From Tubiluchus corallicola (lineage: Eukaryota; Animalia; Priapulida), in assembly GCA_030141605.1 (NCBI GenBank), contig JAQGDQ010000719.1, forward strand, positions 44,158 to 108,157: DNA of 64,000 nt, given 5' to 3'. The notes below the pieces were generated by a model, which had not been told where the DNA came from, did not search any database, and saw nothing but the letters and a program-made list of their open reading frames with translations. The position numbers and the translations under genes are program-made. This document shows positions 1 through 24,400 of this stretch, in pieces (positions within the stretch are counted from its first letter, which is position 1; each line of letters begins with the position of its first letter).

Positions 1-27
1 CTTGTCCATTTTTATTATCTTATTATT

Positions 28-234
28 AACAGTAATTCTTGTTAATTATTCAACAGTAAAGCTTCTTCATTGTTGTAAAACACCAAGGTTTCAGTAATAC
101 TACCGAATACTTGTTCCCCAATGTTCATTGCGCAACAGTAATACATTCTCGTTGTTAAACAGTTACACCTGCTCATTGTTCAATAATAATAGTAGCTGAT
201 TGTTCCCTAGTAATACTTGTTTACTGTTGAACAG
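28..234 (+). repeat. Degenerate 24-bp minisatellite (caacagtaatacttgttcattgtt-like)
   Basis: Successive 24-nt units caacagtaatacattctcgttgtt / aaacagttacacctgctcattgtt / caataataatagtagctgattgtt / ccctagtaatacttgtttactgtt. Confidence 0.6.
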
Positions 235-9535
<9,301 letters not shown>

Positions 9536-10482
9536 ACGTAGGTGTTACATTAAAGCTATAACTTGTATTTATCTAATAAAGTCCTACTGGCGTTAACAGT
9601 TTAAAGGTTCAAGGAAAATGTTTTTTAATATTGACTTACGGAAAAGCATCATTACTTGAGATAAATAAAGTCACAGCTCATTATTATTTATTTTTTACTT
9701 TGACTTAATGTTGATTGAGAGGTACTTTCATTTATTATTGTCAATAATGAATTTCAAAAGTGTATTGCCTGTTAAAATTTTTTACCAGGGTTGCATTTAT
9801 GACGTCGTCAATAGTTGAATGTTTTTTTGAAACTGTATAAATGCCATGACAGAAGTTTGTTTTGATTAACATATGTAATGATTTGGTCATAATGTTATCC
9901 TTTCCCAAATTTTACTTAAGCAATAAACTATGGGTGCGGGTTATTGGCATCCTTTTCATAAATTGATGTATTTATTATAATTTACGTTGACTGGGAAATT
10001 TGCTCTGCATTTTTATTTGATTAGCGATGCACATTACATGAGAAAAAATTGACATTATTGGTTAAATGACATTATATTAAGCAGATAGTTAAGTTTCCGA
10101 GGCAAAATTTAAGTATTATTATAATGATAATTTTCTTAATAATTATTATAGGTTGTTTTGTATCATACGTGTAAAAAAAGTTGAGGTTTTAACATCTTAA
10201 CTTAAGCTTAAGGTTTTAACTTAAGCCCTGTTAATTTTATGAATTCTTAGGGACATTTAGGCGAATTTCGGCATACCTTTGACTGCGCCTTTTATAAAAG
10301 TCACTTGTTTTCACAGAACAAAGATTTTGCATATTGTACTGTAAGTTTCGGGAAGCAAACATTGGTAACCTAATAGGTGTTCTCTTTTGAGCTCGTCTTT
10401 GAAAACACATCACAAAAACTAGTTAATAATTACTTATAGTATAGAAAGCAGCTGGTTAAAATAAATTTCTTAATATTTTCAG

Positions 10483-13400
10483 ATTGGCTTAACCTCCAGC
10501 GCAGGGCACATTATTACAATGATTATTATTTATTCCTTATAATTATATAAATAATAGATACAAATCATACAACCAATTACCTAGTTAATGAACACATCAA
10601 TTTTGCTCACCAATACTGTGCAAAACACATTGCTGTATTACTTCACATTACCTCAATTGTAACATGTTGTTTTTTATTTTCTATGTAGCCACCAGTGATG
10701 AATCTTATTGATTTCTTACGAATAGATGGCGGCACTAGTCACACGCATGAGACGCAATATGATCATCGACAGATAGCAGTCATTGCACCACTAGCCACAG
10801 TTACAAACCGCAACTCACTCACCTCATGTTTTATGAACTAATTACAACGGTAACTAACTGTTATAAGTTGGATAAATTTATGATGATAGACCTAATTTGT
10901 TTTTAATAGGACTTTTACAAACAAGACTCTGCAGTGACTAAGAAACTGTCTGTCAACCATTTTTTTATTTTGAAGTCTTTTCGTCATTTTTGTCATTTAC
11001 CTTTGTGCTAAAATGAACTGTAGTGATAAGAGTCTGTGCCACCATTTGCTATGGGTGCAAAAAGGTCGTGTGTGCCCCAGTAGGTTTGAAAAGTTTTTTT
11101 TACCGAAAATAGAATGTCTGCGCTTGACCACACAGAATGCACCCGTCCTAATTTCTAAATTTTTCTTAACATTTTGTTTAGTTGAGAATACCATTTGGAT
11201 GTAATAAGTTTCCGTGGTTTCATGTTTATTACTGTCGTGATTAGCAAGTGTTCTCGATTGTTGTTCGTATTTTGTACAGTACATTGTTGTACATTCGTAT
11301 AAATGTACAGTACAGTGTTGTAATTTTGTACAAACTGTACATGTATTGTTCAGGTAATCCAGCCCTCTTATCAGTACAGTTCAGACAATTAAATTTTTAT
11401 ACATTGAATGAGTCACAAAAAGCAAAGAAAACGTTTTACTTAAATCTAAATATTTAGATACTAAGCGATATTTTCAGTAATATGTTATAAAACTATGGTA
11501 GTATTACTGTAGCTTGTATGATTTTCTACTATTTATATACCGTATCGTAGTTCTTTCGTAAGCTTGTGCCATTTGAACATTACTGCCTCATACTATTACT
11601 ACTTAATCACTGGTACCTGTTTTCTGCGATAAAACTATTTTATTTTTGTTTTCGTAACAACTTCAGGTACACTGAGACAATGGACAAACGTTTTTGTGCA
11701 TGCTTATTTTTGCGTTCCTGAACTTGTTACGAAATATTTGATTAATATTTGATCAGTTTGGTTAATACATTCTATCTATTACGTTATTAAAAATTTTATT
11801 GATTTTATGTATGATTAAAAATTGTTGATACTGACATTATTGCTACCAACAATACGTTACACCAGTTGATGATTGCTTGTTTCGTCATTCACCACGTTTG
11901 TTAAGTTAAAAATAATTGATTTAAGATGCTCCCTGTTATCTATGGTAACTGTTAAATTTTTCATACGTTTGAGCTGAATTCTCTAATTTAATTTGTTAGT
12001 TAAATGAATGATGGGAATGAGCGATTGAATCAATTATTGGATATGATGCGCTGTTCTGATTGTAACGTTGTAACTTGTAATGTAAATAAGCACCTATGGC
12101 TAACCATTCCATCCCACGTCCATTCCGTTTCATACAGGGTTTTCAGCGTATTTTATTTTGGTATATCTTCATGACACAGTCACAGAAGGTGGCTGTTTCA
12201 CTTTCACTTTATCACTCTCTTTCACGTTAGTTTGAAATTAATTGCATTAATTTGAGCGAGCAGTTGTGTGCACTCTTTACCAATTTTTCTCTGTAATTGT
12301 TCTAAGCGATGATCATTATTTTTTTTCACAGTCGACATTGTGTCTTTGATTAATGTGATAAAGGTAAATGTTTCAATTGGAAAGTCAGAGTGATAACTTT
12401 AGTACATATATTTCTTGCCATTCAAAATGTGTATTAATGGACCTTTACATCCATTATCAGTTGCCATTTTAACTTTGATTGCCATTTCATTTCATTTTAT
12501 TCCTTGCCCATGTGTTGGATTGTTTCTGGGCGTGAATAAACAGAACCCATCTATGTTTTTTTGTTATTGACGTCACTCCGGTAATTTATTGTTGCAGATT
12601 TGTTATTAAATTATTATTAACTTATTATAATTACAGCCATTTTGTGTACAGGTAAACAATGAGGGTGGTGTTTGTTTAACTGTGTAATCTCGATGTAAAA
12701 AAATAAGATTGCAAGAAAGTTTACTAGAATTTGTCATTATACTTACGATGTATTTGATGTCTATTCACATTGCAGCGGGTCACTGATGAGAACTAATTAA
12801 CTAGCCTGTTTACTTCATTTATTTAAAGCGATGTTTAAAATATCCGGAACTACAAAAATAGATTTAAACTAGTTTGTATCTAATTTAAAACTGACTTAAA
12901 TACTATATTCTTACTGTTTTTACAGTAGAAAACAATAATAGTAGTACATACCAGCTGGCACTGTTTACTTGCGTAAACAATGCCAATTTTGACATCTCAG
13001 TAGTTTCGTGCTGCGATCGTCAAGGTTCGATTTTAGGCACCCTGCTATTTCTGACTTACACAAGTCACCTGGTGATTTGACTTGATTTTTGGATGTTGGA
13101 AGACCAGTTCTAAAACAATTTTATTTGTAAATTAGTTTTAAATGAACACAGGTTAATCGTTACAGTGCGAATAGTAGAAATGCGTTCAGTGTAAAAAGGC
13201 TACTTGTCGTAATGTTGCATTCATTGATACTGTGTGTAAATAATAATGTTAAAACACAGATTCATGATATTAAACTCTTATCAACTAGTCACAAGATCAC
13301 GTGATCATGTGTGTTTGTGTGAATTTGTACAGACTTAAATTATTTTCAAGCTGATGACCGTTGTGCTTAGTTTAGCTTCATGCAGTAGTAGTGCTACTAT

Positions 13401-15050
13401 TGAGCTTGGTGTTCATGAAAATCTAGTTTGTGTAAGTTTGTCTAACTATAATTGGCAGTGTGTTGTGTTTGACTCGCAACCATTTTGTAAACCGTAAATG
13501 CCAAAGAGGAACTAGTATTTGTCAGAGAATGAGGACACCTCTATTTTCATAAATTTATTTATTAATATTGAGACCTATTAATATTAATTTCCTAATGATA
13601 TATATTATATATAATTATTATTATTATCATTACTATTATTATTATTATTGTTTCTCGTATATATTTTATTCAAGGAAGACTGTTTTTAAGCAGCTTCTTT
13701 GAAGATCACAAATTTTAGCAATTTTAGAATAGCATAGCTAGTTTCTGCACATCTTGCACCACACGCCTTATTGACGATGCGCTTGTTTGCCATTTGCTTA
13801 AAGAGCAAAACTTTGTAAATAACTTATAGTTTGTATAGAAAAGAAGCTTCATTTCTGTGTAGCACGCTTTGCCTTGGCACCATCCAAAGCTATGTTGACT
13901 TTGATTTGACATGATGGGCTTGTACATTTGGAGATCTGGTACACAGAATTGACAGCTGCTTCAAAAACTACGAAAAAATTTAGAAGTTCTAGCGAGTAGT
14001 TTCAGTAGACTATTATTATACATTTATTATTATGAAAATTGTGGATAGTGTTTTGAAAAAAATATTTGAGCTCTAGATGAACATCAATAGTTGAAGCTGG
14101 TAATACATGTATAAGGCATGCACAAACTTATATATATATATATAATGTACAAATCATTGTACCGAATGTATAAGCAATATAAAAAAGACGTTTGGGTTAT
14201 TTATAAATAGAATATGCGAAAACAAGCTGTTAATTACACCTTACGTCACACATGATAATGTGCTGTTAGAAAACTGCTTGCTTCTTATCTAATCTTGTAA
14301 AATTGAACACCTAAATTTTACATGATGTATAAGTAAGAAGTAGAAACTGACGATAACCATTTTATAGATTTGAGAGATTGGAGACTAAATGAAGACGTGA
14401 ACGTTTTATGTTTTTAACTGTAACATTATTTCTGCAAAGCTCCATCTGAGGCAGCAATGTTTCATTGTTAATTATCGAAGTGTTTTAATTAAAGAGCACC
14501 TTGTTAACTTATAACAGACGTTCGTCTAGAGCTACTAGAGCCTGCACTGCTATTAATACGCACTTATAGCTTTGGTACTTTAATGGCGTAACAGCACTGT
14601 CATGCTGTTTAACCTACATATCAGAATATCAGGGCTTTCAAGTTCAGATTTTATTTTAGTTATGTGTAAAATTTATCTTTTGGCTTCTGTGTTCGTCGTA
14701 TACTTGATGGATTTCAATGTCGTAACTTTTGCGTATATCATAGTTCTGCCAACTTCATTTGCTCATGCGAGTCTGCATTCTGTAATGTTATGTTATAGAG
14801 CTCTTCGTTTTAGTAGCCCAATATCTATTTTGTAATAATGCTGTAATTACACGAAGTTTTAAGGGAGTGTTGTGCGTGTTTAGTAATTTGTTGTTGGAGG
14901 CATTTGTAAATACTCGGTGTTTACTATTCGGTGTCCGTGTGGCTTTGTTTATATCACAAGAGATTCCAAAGTAAGAATCGTGTACTTCATGCATTGAACT
15001 TTATACATTACTTCTTTTAAATAATAAGCATTGTTTTTTCTGCCTCTTGT
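10483..15050 (+). other. Probable long 3' UTR exon of the CELF gene (3' end approximate)
   Basis: Donor-like AC|gtaggt at 9538 just after the stop and acceptor tattttcag ending 10482, followed by ~4.5 kb of U/UGU-rich, largely repeat-free sequence. The end point is a guess. Confidence 0.45.
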
Positions 15051-16734
15051 CAGTTATTCACCTTTCAAGACGATAAAAATGTGAGGTTATTTTGCATGTG
15101 AGTGAAGCAGTCCAAATGCAGTGAAAAATGTTAAACTACTTCGTAATTTTGTAATCACCATCGCTTCAAATTTTCGTAGTATACATCCCAATTTTACTAC
15201 TCCTACTATTCTATTAAGTAGAATACTATTCTATTATACAATTCTGTTATGCAGTGAAATGGCATTTTACTCATTTTAGATGACTCAGCAGCGGTACAAT
15301 TATGCTTCCCTGAAGGGCACCTGCAACATAGTTTTCAAATCACAAACCAAACATGACTTCTAATTACTTTTGGCACATAAATCTTAAAAAATAACATCTT
15401 TTGAATTTGTTTATAGCAGTTAATAATTGTTTGTTCACTATAACTGTTTGATTAAACCTGCATTCAACTAAGTATTTTTATTATTTCGACATTTTATAAT
15501 AACTAGATGCCAGTAACTCTTGCTAAAAGACAGAACCCTACTTATCTAATCGCGTGACAAAGTAAATATTACAACAATCAGGACAGCCAGGATAATTTTC
15601 ATGTGCCGGAACAAGACAAATTTTGGGCCCCTTATTCGCCTGTACAAAGTCATGAAGTCTAAAAAATACAATACAGTAATTTAAGTTCAATAGTCTATAT
15701 TTCTTAATAACTGAAACATGTTTTATTCACAGTGAACCATAATACGTCCCAGTTTATTTTCCGCTAAATAAAGGGACTTTTCTGGCTTTTTTGACATACG
15801 AAATTTAATGTTTATGATTTCATGGGCCCCAGAGAAATGTACCGGCTACACTCCCCTCTCCTTGGGCACGACAACAATATCAATTTCAACTTTTGTACTT
15901 TCAACTTTCATCTATTTTAGTACCTTTTCATTGTCAGTAACTAAATTTTTACGTTTGTTTTATACATTTGGGCTACAAGTGACAGTATAAGCAAGTGTTG
16001 TAATGGCCGTTTAGAAATCACTTTCTAAAAAAACAACTTTGCGTGTATTATTTGCGGATTTATGCAGTGCAGGCTCTACATGATTATATAATTTATATAG
16101 AAATATATATTATGTATACACATATAGCTTATTATAGTTATAGCGTATGAAATGTATCATATTCAACAGTATTTATAGTACATTATAGTAATCTTTCATA
16201 GATAAAAGTTAATATTTCATAATAATATATATAACATAGTTGCTGATATATTTAAGAAAATTGAGTTTATAAGCTGATGACTACTTATAAGATCAACTTT
16301 CGAGTTGAAATAAACATTTACACAAAAACTTCTCGTTTTCGTTTGTTTATTGTTTATATGCTTCTTTTCTTTATACCAATCACCCAAAACAGGCCAATGG
16401 CCGTCAGGGTAAGTTGAAAATCTATCTACAGATAAGAAGTCTATAGAAAAAACTGGATTTATAAACAAGTTACTGCTCTGCACCTAGGAATATCCATGTT
16501 AAAACTATGTCAAGAAGCAGCAAAATGGGCATTACGTAAATAAACTGTTAGTATTTAAGAATCAATAACAATGATTTCTAAGGACATCGTCTATAGAACA
16601 GCGATAAAAGAAAACTCGTATTTTTTTCCTAGTTAGAAATGCTATGGAGATGTCACAAAGAATTCTTAGTGACTTAGTGTACATGCGCGAATTCATACTT
16701 ACTTATCAATGTTAATTATCCCACTAAAATTTAA

Positions 16735-17276
16735 AGGAAACGTCAAGCCATTTCAGTAATTAGGTTTATTTCAATGTTCGCGACAAACGTTAGAAGAATT
16801 TGATAATAAAAATATGACAGCAGCCTAGTGTATTTATTAAAATCATTTTGAAATTCCGATTATTTCATGCTTGGGCCCTCCCAGTTTGAACGCCCATTCT
16901 TCTAATAAAATAAAGTCTAAAATAAAATAAAGAAAAGCAGGCACTGTCAATTTCTGTCAAAACTGTAATAAGTTTTTGCACAACATATTAGATAATTAAT
17001 TTTGTGCAATTTTTGCTAGAACAATAGGTAAGCTGCAGAAGTCTGAATTAGTTTAAGTTGAGCGCGATTGTGAAAGGTCACGAAATTCACCAGTTACGTC
17101 ATAATCTTAAAGTGAATGGCGGCTATCATCGCGACCTTACAAAGGTTCTTTAAGTCTATACAAAGGTAATATTTAACTTTATGCTTTATAGACGGTTTTT
17201 GCCAATTTCGTTGCTATATTTTCCATGGTCAGACAGTAAAACAGATCCAACATGCTAAGTGACTTGTCATTTTCCT
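16735..17276. mobile_element. Non-autonomous DNA transposon, TTAA-flanked (Kolobok-like MITE)
   Basis: TTAA|AGGAAACGTCAAGCCA ... TGACTTGTCATTTTCCT|TTAA: imperfect TIRs plus TTAA TSD. Confidence 0.6.
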
Positions 17277-17937
17277 TTAAAACTAAACCAAACAAATTTC
17301 TCCTGTTGTTAGTTGCTGAGGCTGAAATATAAGCACACGCAAAACAAGAGTTAAAGAAAAGGAACAGGCCGGGATACTTGCCGCTATACTATCAAGGATT
17401 TGGTGACGAAATGCACGTTGAGTAGATCTTGACGTTTAGTATACAGTCAATGTTAAAATTAATAACTACAACGCTACTCAGATATGGTACTTATATACGC
17501 ATTACAAAATTTAAGTTGTAATGTCAGCAATTGGAATTTATGATTGCTAGTCTAAAAAATACCACAATGAAAAAAAGAAAAAACATATTTCGTGAACCCA
17601 TGCTGATGTCTAGCTTTAGGTTAAACGACGAAAAAATAAGAAAACACACATCAATACTAGAAGCGATTTATGATTATTAAACTTACGAATATTGAAAGTG
17701 TGATTGAATGATATTCAAAAGGAATTTTTAAATTCCACTCCATATGAATCGACAGGAATCATATTGGCAGTCCGTATGAATCGACTAGAGGATTTTGGTA
17801 CTCTCTGTCGACTCCATTTCCCGTCTTTTGCTCAATGTTAGCTGTTTTGCCAAAGTTCAATATGCGCTTGCGAAGTTAACACAGAAAAGTTTGAATTCTA
17901 CATGCGGTTGTTGTAGCAAAAACAGCCAAACGCCAAA

Positions 17938-18120
17938 CAGCAACCACCACCACCAACAACAACAACAACAATGATAACAGCAGCAGCAGCAGCAGCAGCA
18001 ACAACAACAACAACAACAACAGGAACAACAACAACAAGCAACAGCAACAACAACATACACAACGATGACGATGATGGTGACAACGACAGCGACAATAACA
18101 ACAACAGTAATGACAGCAGC
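17938..18120. repeat. Compound (CAA/CAG/GAT)n microsatellite upstream of the nAChR start
   Basis: Direct observation. Confidence 0.9.
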
Positions 18121-18436
18121 ATTAATCAGGACGGGGCTGATGACAACGGCGTAATTATGGCAACCTTTGCATCTAGCAACAGCAGAAATTTGTTTGAGAG
18201 CCTCAACGAGTAGTACTAGCGTTACGCTGTGTGTGTCATCTCGCATGAAGCCACTCTACAACATGCGCATGTGCATTGGCCAACCAAAGAAGCTTTTCTA
18301 TAGCTCATCCAAAAACGTGAACATATTGTTCAAGTATTAGAGCGAGCAGTGTTAGGTTACGACGTAGGACAAGTAAATGACACAGTGAAGATGAAACAAA
18401 GCAGAAAAAGGCGTGTTTTTTCATAAATAAGTTGAA

Positions 18437-18491
18437 ATGGGTTGCACTTCTTTTACGCCATTGTTTTTGTTAGTAACGTTATACCCAGCTG
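18437..18491 (+). CDS. nAChR exon 1 (signal peptide)
   Basis: ATGGGTTGC...CCAGCTG|gtaagt; hydrophobic, and phase 1 fits exon 2. Confidence 0.75.
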
Positions 18492-21400
18492 GTAAGTTGA
18501 TTGTTTCCGTATATGTAACTTCTTAGTTATTGTTTTTAGCATCATGAAAAACGCGGTAAATAAGATTAAAACACAATGCGCAAAAGCCGCGAAAAAATAT
18601 TCTCAAATTGTAAATTGTCGCCGTGCAGATTATGTAGTGAGTGATTAACAAGTCTGACGAAAATGTAAAATTGATCAAAAGCCGATAAAACGAATCAACA
18701 GAAGATTTCTTCTGAAAATTTCGAATCGGAAACGTGAAATCACTATTCCAGTCTAGAAAAAAGAAAGTCTGTATTTCAAGAACTGTTCAAATTACCACAA
18801 ACTAGTCAAACTTTAATTATTTTTTCTTTCGCGGTTTTAACATTATTTTGTAGATCATAAATTTTAGGCTGTAGTTGAAAAATATGCTCTCATCAACATT
18901 ATTACGCTTAATTGATCTATTTACTTAAGGAGACCTGACTGCCGTCTTAAACAAATCTTCAGACGAAAAATATCAACGGTTACTTTAAAATTCTATTCAG
19001 TTGATGTTAGCCTGATATAGCGAGATTCAAGTTTTCAAGATTTTCAAGATTTCAAGATTTATTTATTCAGCTAACGGCAGGAACACATACAAATTGAGTT
19101 TTCTGTAATAATTTAAAACTGTAAATTACAAATGTGTGGCTGAGGAGACGGCGTGATGGCTCTGTAAATAATTGAAACCGGATTCACAACAATTTTTGCG
19201 TCGAGCTAGGGTATGTGGTACAACGGAGAATATATGAAAGAACATATGCAAAGAAATGGGATTCGTTTAACTATCTTGTTATCTTTCCAAACATTACCCT
19301 GCTAATATATTGTATAAAAAATGGGCAATAATAATTTACTATTACTAAGTTATAATTTACTACTACTACTATCTTGCTAGTAATAGGAAGTATCATTTGA
19401 TGTTCATCCTGGAAGAAAATTTAGAATTCCTTGGAAAGAGGAGAAACTGGATTACCTGGTGAATGAGTCTTTTTTACAAACGCTTCTACCAATATGATGG
19501 GTTACGAGTTAATTGGGGGAATGTTTTCTTTTTCTGGAAAGAGAAATGTAGTAACAGACCTTCTTGATGCGCAATGAACAGATGCACAGTTGATCCTAAA
19601 TCAGACCTGCTTGACAATAGATTTCTGCAATCTGTCAATTTTGCATGTATTTCTTAGGAATATGATTTTAATCTCGTAATATGTATGGCCAACCAGTATT
19701 AATAAACTGTCATACGGCCACATGTGAACAGCACTGTGTAAATGCAACATTGCACTAAAATCTGGGCAAGAAAATGAGGGTTTTTCATGTCTTTTTTGTC
19801 GCTGTCATGCAAAACTAATGAGCTAGACAAAAGCTCTCCAAAATTTCTTTTTCTTAGATGATAAAGACACTTAATTGCGTACTTTTCAAGGTCAAACAAA
19901 TTTCTTCACAAAAGCCGAACTAAGTGCATACAATAATATTCCATACAAAATTCCATAGTAAAGAAACAAAAGGCTCGACCTTTTAGTCCACCGCTGCTAA
20001 TTACCTTTAGATGAAAGAAAAAACAACAAACAATAAAAAAATCACTAAAAGATTTTGTAATAATAAATACTGATTAAGCACAAAAGACTAAAAATGCAAA
20101 AGTACAAGATGTAACTATTATCACAGTAGCAAGAACTCTAGGATAATAAGTGAATTCATTTTTTTCTGCGCTGTAGATTCTATTTTGTTATTAATGAATT
20201 AAAAATTTCCAATGGTTTTAAGTGCTTTTGGTCGTTTTTGTCATTAAGAGGCGGACAGTGGACAACGACAAGCCCTCTCATTTCATTATTGTGCATGGCA
20301 TTTTTATTAGTTGTACAGCTTCTTGAAATTAAGAGTTATTTCCTGGATTATACTTTGATAAAAACTGCTAGGTTCCCAACCTCTCCCCATCCAGTGATGA
20401 AGTCTAAAACATATTTTTGTATTCGAGGTCTGAAACCGCAGCAAATGGTTGCCGTGAAGGAGTTAAATGGAGGAAATCGGTCTTTATATATGCTGTGAAA
20501 TCCATCTGTCTGTGTATATTGTAGTGAAAATCGTCGAAGATTCATCTTCAGGCTTATCTAAGTTATCGCAAAGCTTGGAAAAGAGTTTTCTTTGTCTGCT
20601 GATACGCAAATAGACAGACATACAAAAGTCAGACAGACACACATACTGTACAGATAAATGTATTTCTCAAGAAAAACAGATAGTAAACTCGTGCGTGTTT
20701 GCTATTCAAAATAGTTTGCACCGTACAAAAGCTTTGCCTTGCGGTAATACGTTATTCTTGCATTGCAAAATCGCTCCATTGCCGCGCAATTTGAGCAGAA
20801 GACGCAATTTTCTCACCATGAAATTTATCGAATTTTTCTCCAAGCAGCAAAGTCAGCCTTTGGCTAAATTATTTTCTTCTTTTCTGGCATGCTACAGAAG
20901 CCGTGTAAATCCACATTGTCAATTTTGCAAACAAAACTGTACTCAGACAGAACCCCCAAGGTGTTGCTATTTCTTCATGGGAACAATTAGCATTATTTGC
21001 TTGGCAGTCCCATACGCTTTATAACACAGCGAAGCGTTTAAGACAGTCGAAAAAGATGTAATATGTATGTATAAGAAATAGAAGGCGTGTTGTTTGATTT
21101 ACACTAAATAGTTAAAACAAAAACGCGAGATCATAAACGTTGTAGTCATCGTTATCGTCCATCAATATCAGCATCATCATGATTATTTTCGTCATCATGA
21201 TCGTAATCATCAGCGACAGCCTCATCATTATCATTATTGGCTTAGTCATCGCTATAATTATCACCACTGCCATCACCATTGATCAACGTCATCGTGCTAG
21301 TGATAATTTTCGTCATCATTACGATTATTGTCATCATGGTAATCATCTTCGTCACTACCACCACCACCACATCAACATCATGCAACAATTTTGAATTTTT

Positions 21401-24400
21401 CTTCAGGCATCGCTGTTTTACAAAATTTTGCATCTCTTCTTATAAGTAACATTCTGTTATTTTTAATTATGGCATTGATTATGAAGGTTCGTTGCTTATA
21501 AGCTAGCATTTTCTGAGTTGAGATTTCGTTTAAATCAATATTAACGAGTTCTACAGAAAACATCTTTAAACAATGGAGAAGCTTTTCACGCAAGAGAGAC
21601 TAAATTGCATGATATGTTTATTGCACAAATTTCTAATACGTTACATCAGTTGCTGCGATATTTGTAAACCCTGACCGTCTAAATGCTTGAAAATATGAAA
21701 AATAAAAGAAGATCTGAATAAGTTGACACCAAATATTTTATGCGAGACAGGAGTTTCAAACGAGTAATCTTAGAAACGATAAGTCACTTACGAATTGTAC
21801 CTATTAATATCAGACTGACTAAAAGATCACTTCCTGTGGTCATATAAGGCCGTACTGAACCCTAAGTGACCAGATGTTTACATATGCAATCATTTACTGC
21901 TTCTGTACATTGTTGGCAGGCAGACTCATTTCAAAATACACATTCAGTCACCAAGTGCTAAGCAAAATACACACGCCATATTTTATTCCCATGCAAACTA
22001 CCAAACTTTCTATTACATGTAATTAAACAAATGCCTAGGGTCTGATGGAGATATAACAAACAAGAGTTATACAGCAAGGATACAAACTGCAACTTGCACA
22101 ACTCCCAAGGAGCTATTTTACTTTCTCTTCTGAAAATTGTCCTCGCTGCATACAGCAGCTAACAATAGCTAATCTAACTCCGTTTCTGAAACTTTAAAAA
22201 ATTGTTTCCTCAGTTTGTTGAAAACCAGAAAAGACATAAAAACAAAATCGGTGTATCTAATATTTTCTATTCTCTACATCTAGACTTTGGAGCCTCCCCA
22301 TGACGTTAATTATTACAGTCTGATGTAACTATAGTTGGATGTTTATTTCTTACAGGTATCAGGTGTAACCCCGATGCAAAGCGGCTTTATGATGATCTGC
22401 TGAGCGGTTATAATCGACTAACTCGTCCAGTGAAAAATCACACCGACTGTGTGGCTGTCAAATTAGGGTTAAAATTGACTCAACTCATTGACGTTGTAAG
22501 TATTTTTTATTTTTTAATAATGGTCTAAAAGATAACAGAAAATAAGCGTATACGTAAACACAACGAATTTAAGTATGTTTTAAAAGGAAGTTTGTTTTAT
22601 ACTTTTTAGTTCTGTTTTAACACAAATGTTTTTCTTCTTATTTTTCTTTGGTTTGGTTTATTTTGTTTTGCCTTTCCTTGCCTTGCATCGCCTTGACTCG
22701 CCTTGCGTTGCCTTTCCTTTCCTTGCCTTGCCTCGCCTCGCCTAGTCTTGCCTCGCCTTGCCTCGTCTTGTCTCGTCTTGTCTCGTCTTGTCTTGTCTCG
22801 TCTTGCCTTGTCTTGTCTCGGCTTGTCTTGTTTTTGTTTTATTTTGCTTTTCCACTTTGCTTTGCTTTACTCGTTTGCTTCGCATGCTCATGCTGTCTGA
22901 TGGTCTAGGTTAGCTTCGCTTAGTTTGTCCATGTTCTACATTCCGCAATGCTAATTTACATTTGATTGAAATCAATGCGAGAAGCCATCTTGTTCAGTTT
23001 GCATATTGATTAAGCCAGTCAAAACATATCGTTTATTCAAATCTTTCTCAAACCTTCTGCCATAATGCAGACGAGAAAGCAAATTAATCTCGTGTTATTC
23101 CTCATAATTTCAACATTTCTAGTAAGTCACGTTTTAAATTTTGAAATTACAATGTATCTTGTTAGTCTGCACATATAGAATACGCAGGATAATGAAAATA
23201 AAATCAGAAATTCTTTTTGAAACCACCAACACTTTGGAATCTTGTGCTCAATAGCAATATCTGTTTGTAGTAGGACTAAAATATAGTTTATTGTCAAAAC
23301 TTATCCTCCGAAATTAGACCGAGCCAATAGAGACGTCTCAACGTCGAAACTTTAATGCATCCCTTCTGTACGAGGTAATCGGTATGACTATAAAACTTCA
23401 GAGAGCGAGTATTGAACTCGGAGGTTCAAACTCATACACTGACTGACCTCGATGTTGTTTAGTTTCAGTCTCAAGGCACACACACACACAGTGACCACTC
23501 GACTTCACCTCGAAGACTAGGACTTGATACTCCTGCTTTTGTCAGTGCTTTAAACCAGTTACGCCACACAAAAAATATAAACCTGTAGCAACATCAATTA
23601 CTCGGCATCGCATTTGGTAGCACGCTCCTGTCACAATAATAATATTGCTTATGTATTCTGTACACGTTGTTACGCTGAATGAAGCCAGATTATCTGGCTC
23701 AGAAAGTTAATTGGGGTGTTTTGATGAATGATACGTAATTACATTGTCGTGTCGAGCTCTCTAATGCGATACAGTATTAGTTATTACAGTTAGTTACTGT
23801 ACCACCACTGGTAACTATAAACCAGTACAGTGTTAGTTACCACAGTTAGGTACTGTACCAACTACGTACCAGTTCAGTGTTACTTGTTGCAGTAGTTGCT
23901 GAACTAATTATTGTAGTAACTACAGAACAGTAACTACTGTTCCAGTACAAACAACTTGGTATATAATTGACGAACGATGTTAAAAAACAAGTCGAAATAC
24001 TGCAAATTAAAACAATAGCGTTATTTTATTATTCAGCTAATGAAAATTGTTGCAAAAATGTTAGAAGGTAAACTATATAGTTATGCTATTTAAGAATAGA
24101 ATAGAATATAATAGAAAATAATCGAATTGAATAGAACAGAAATTTACTCCAATTCTATTTTTTCTATTATATTCTATTCTATTCTTAAATATCATAACTA
24201 TTTAGTTAACCTTGTAACATTTTTTAATTGGATTCGTAAAAACATAATGTTATTTGTATTACAGTCCAAGCGTGGTTAACAATTACTAAAAATAAGAAAT
24301 AAATAAATATTATAAATAAAAGCAATAATTAAGAAAGGTATTATAAAATAAACACACCACAGCACATTGCAATATGCCCATAGTGAAATAATTAAGCACA

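Noticed and set aside
13451-13475. miR-34-like tggcagtgtg (also miR-9-like at ~46647 and miR-7-like at ~54550)
   Set aside because: Only the first 9-11 nt match and no precursor hairpin is evident
17857-18246. Poly-Cys/Ala/Thr ORFs upstream of the nAChR gene
   Set aside because: Trinucleotide repeat translations
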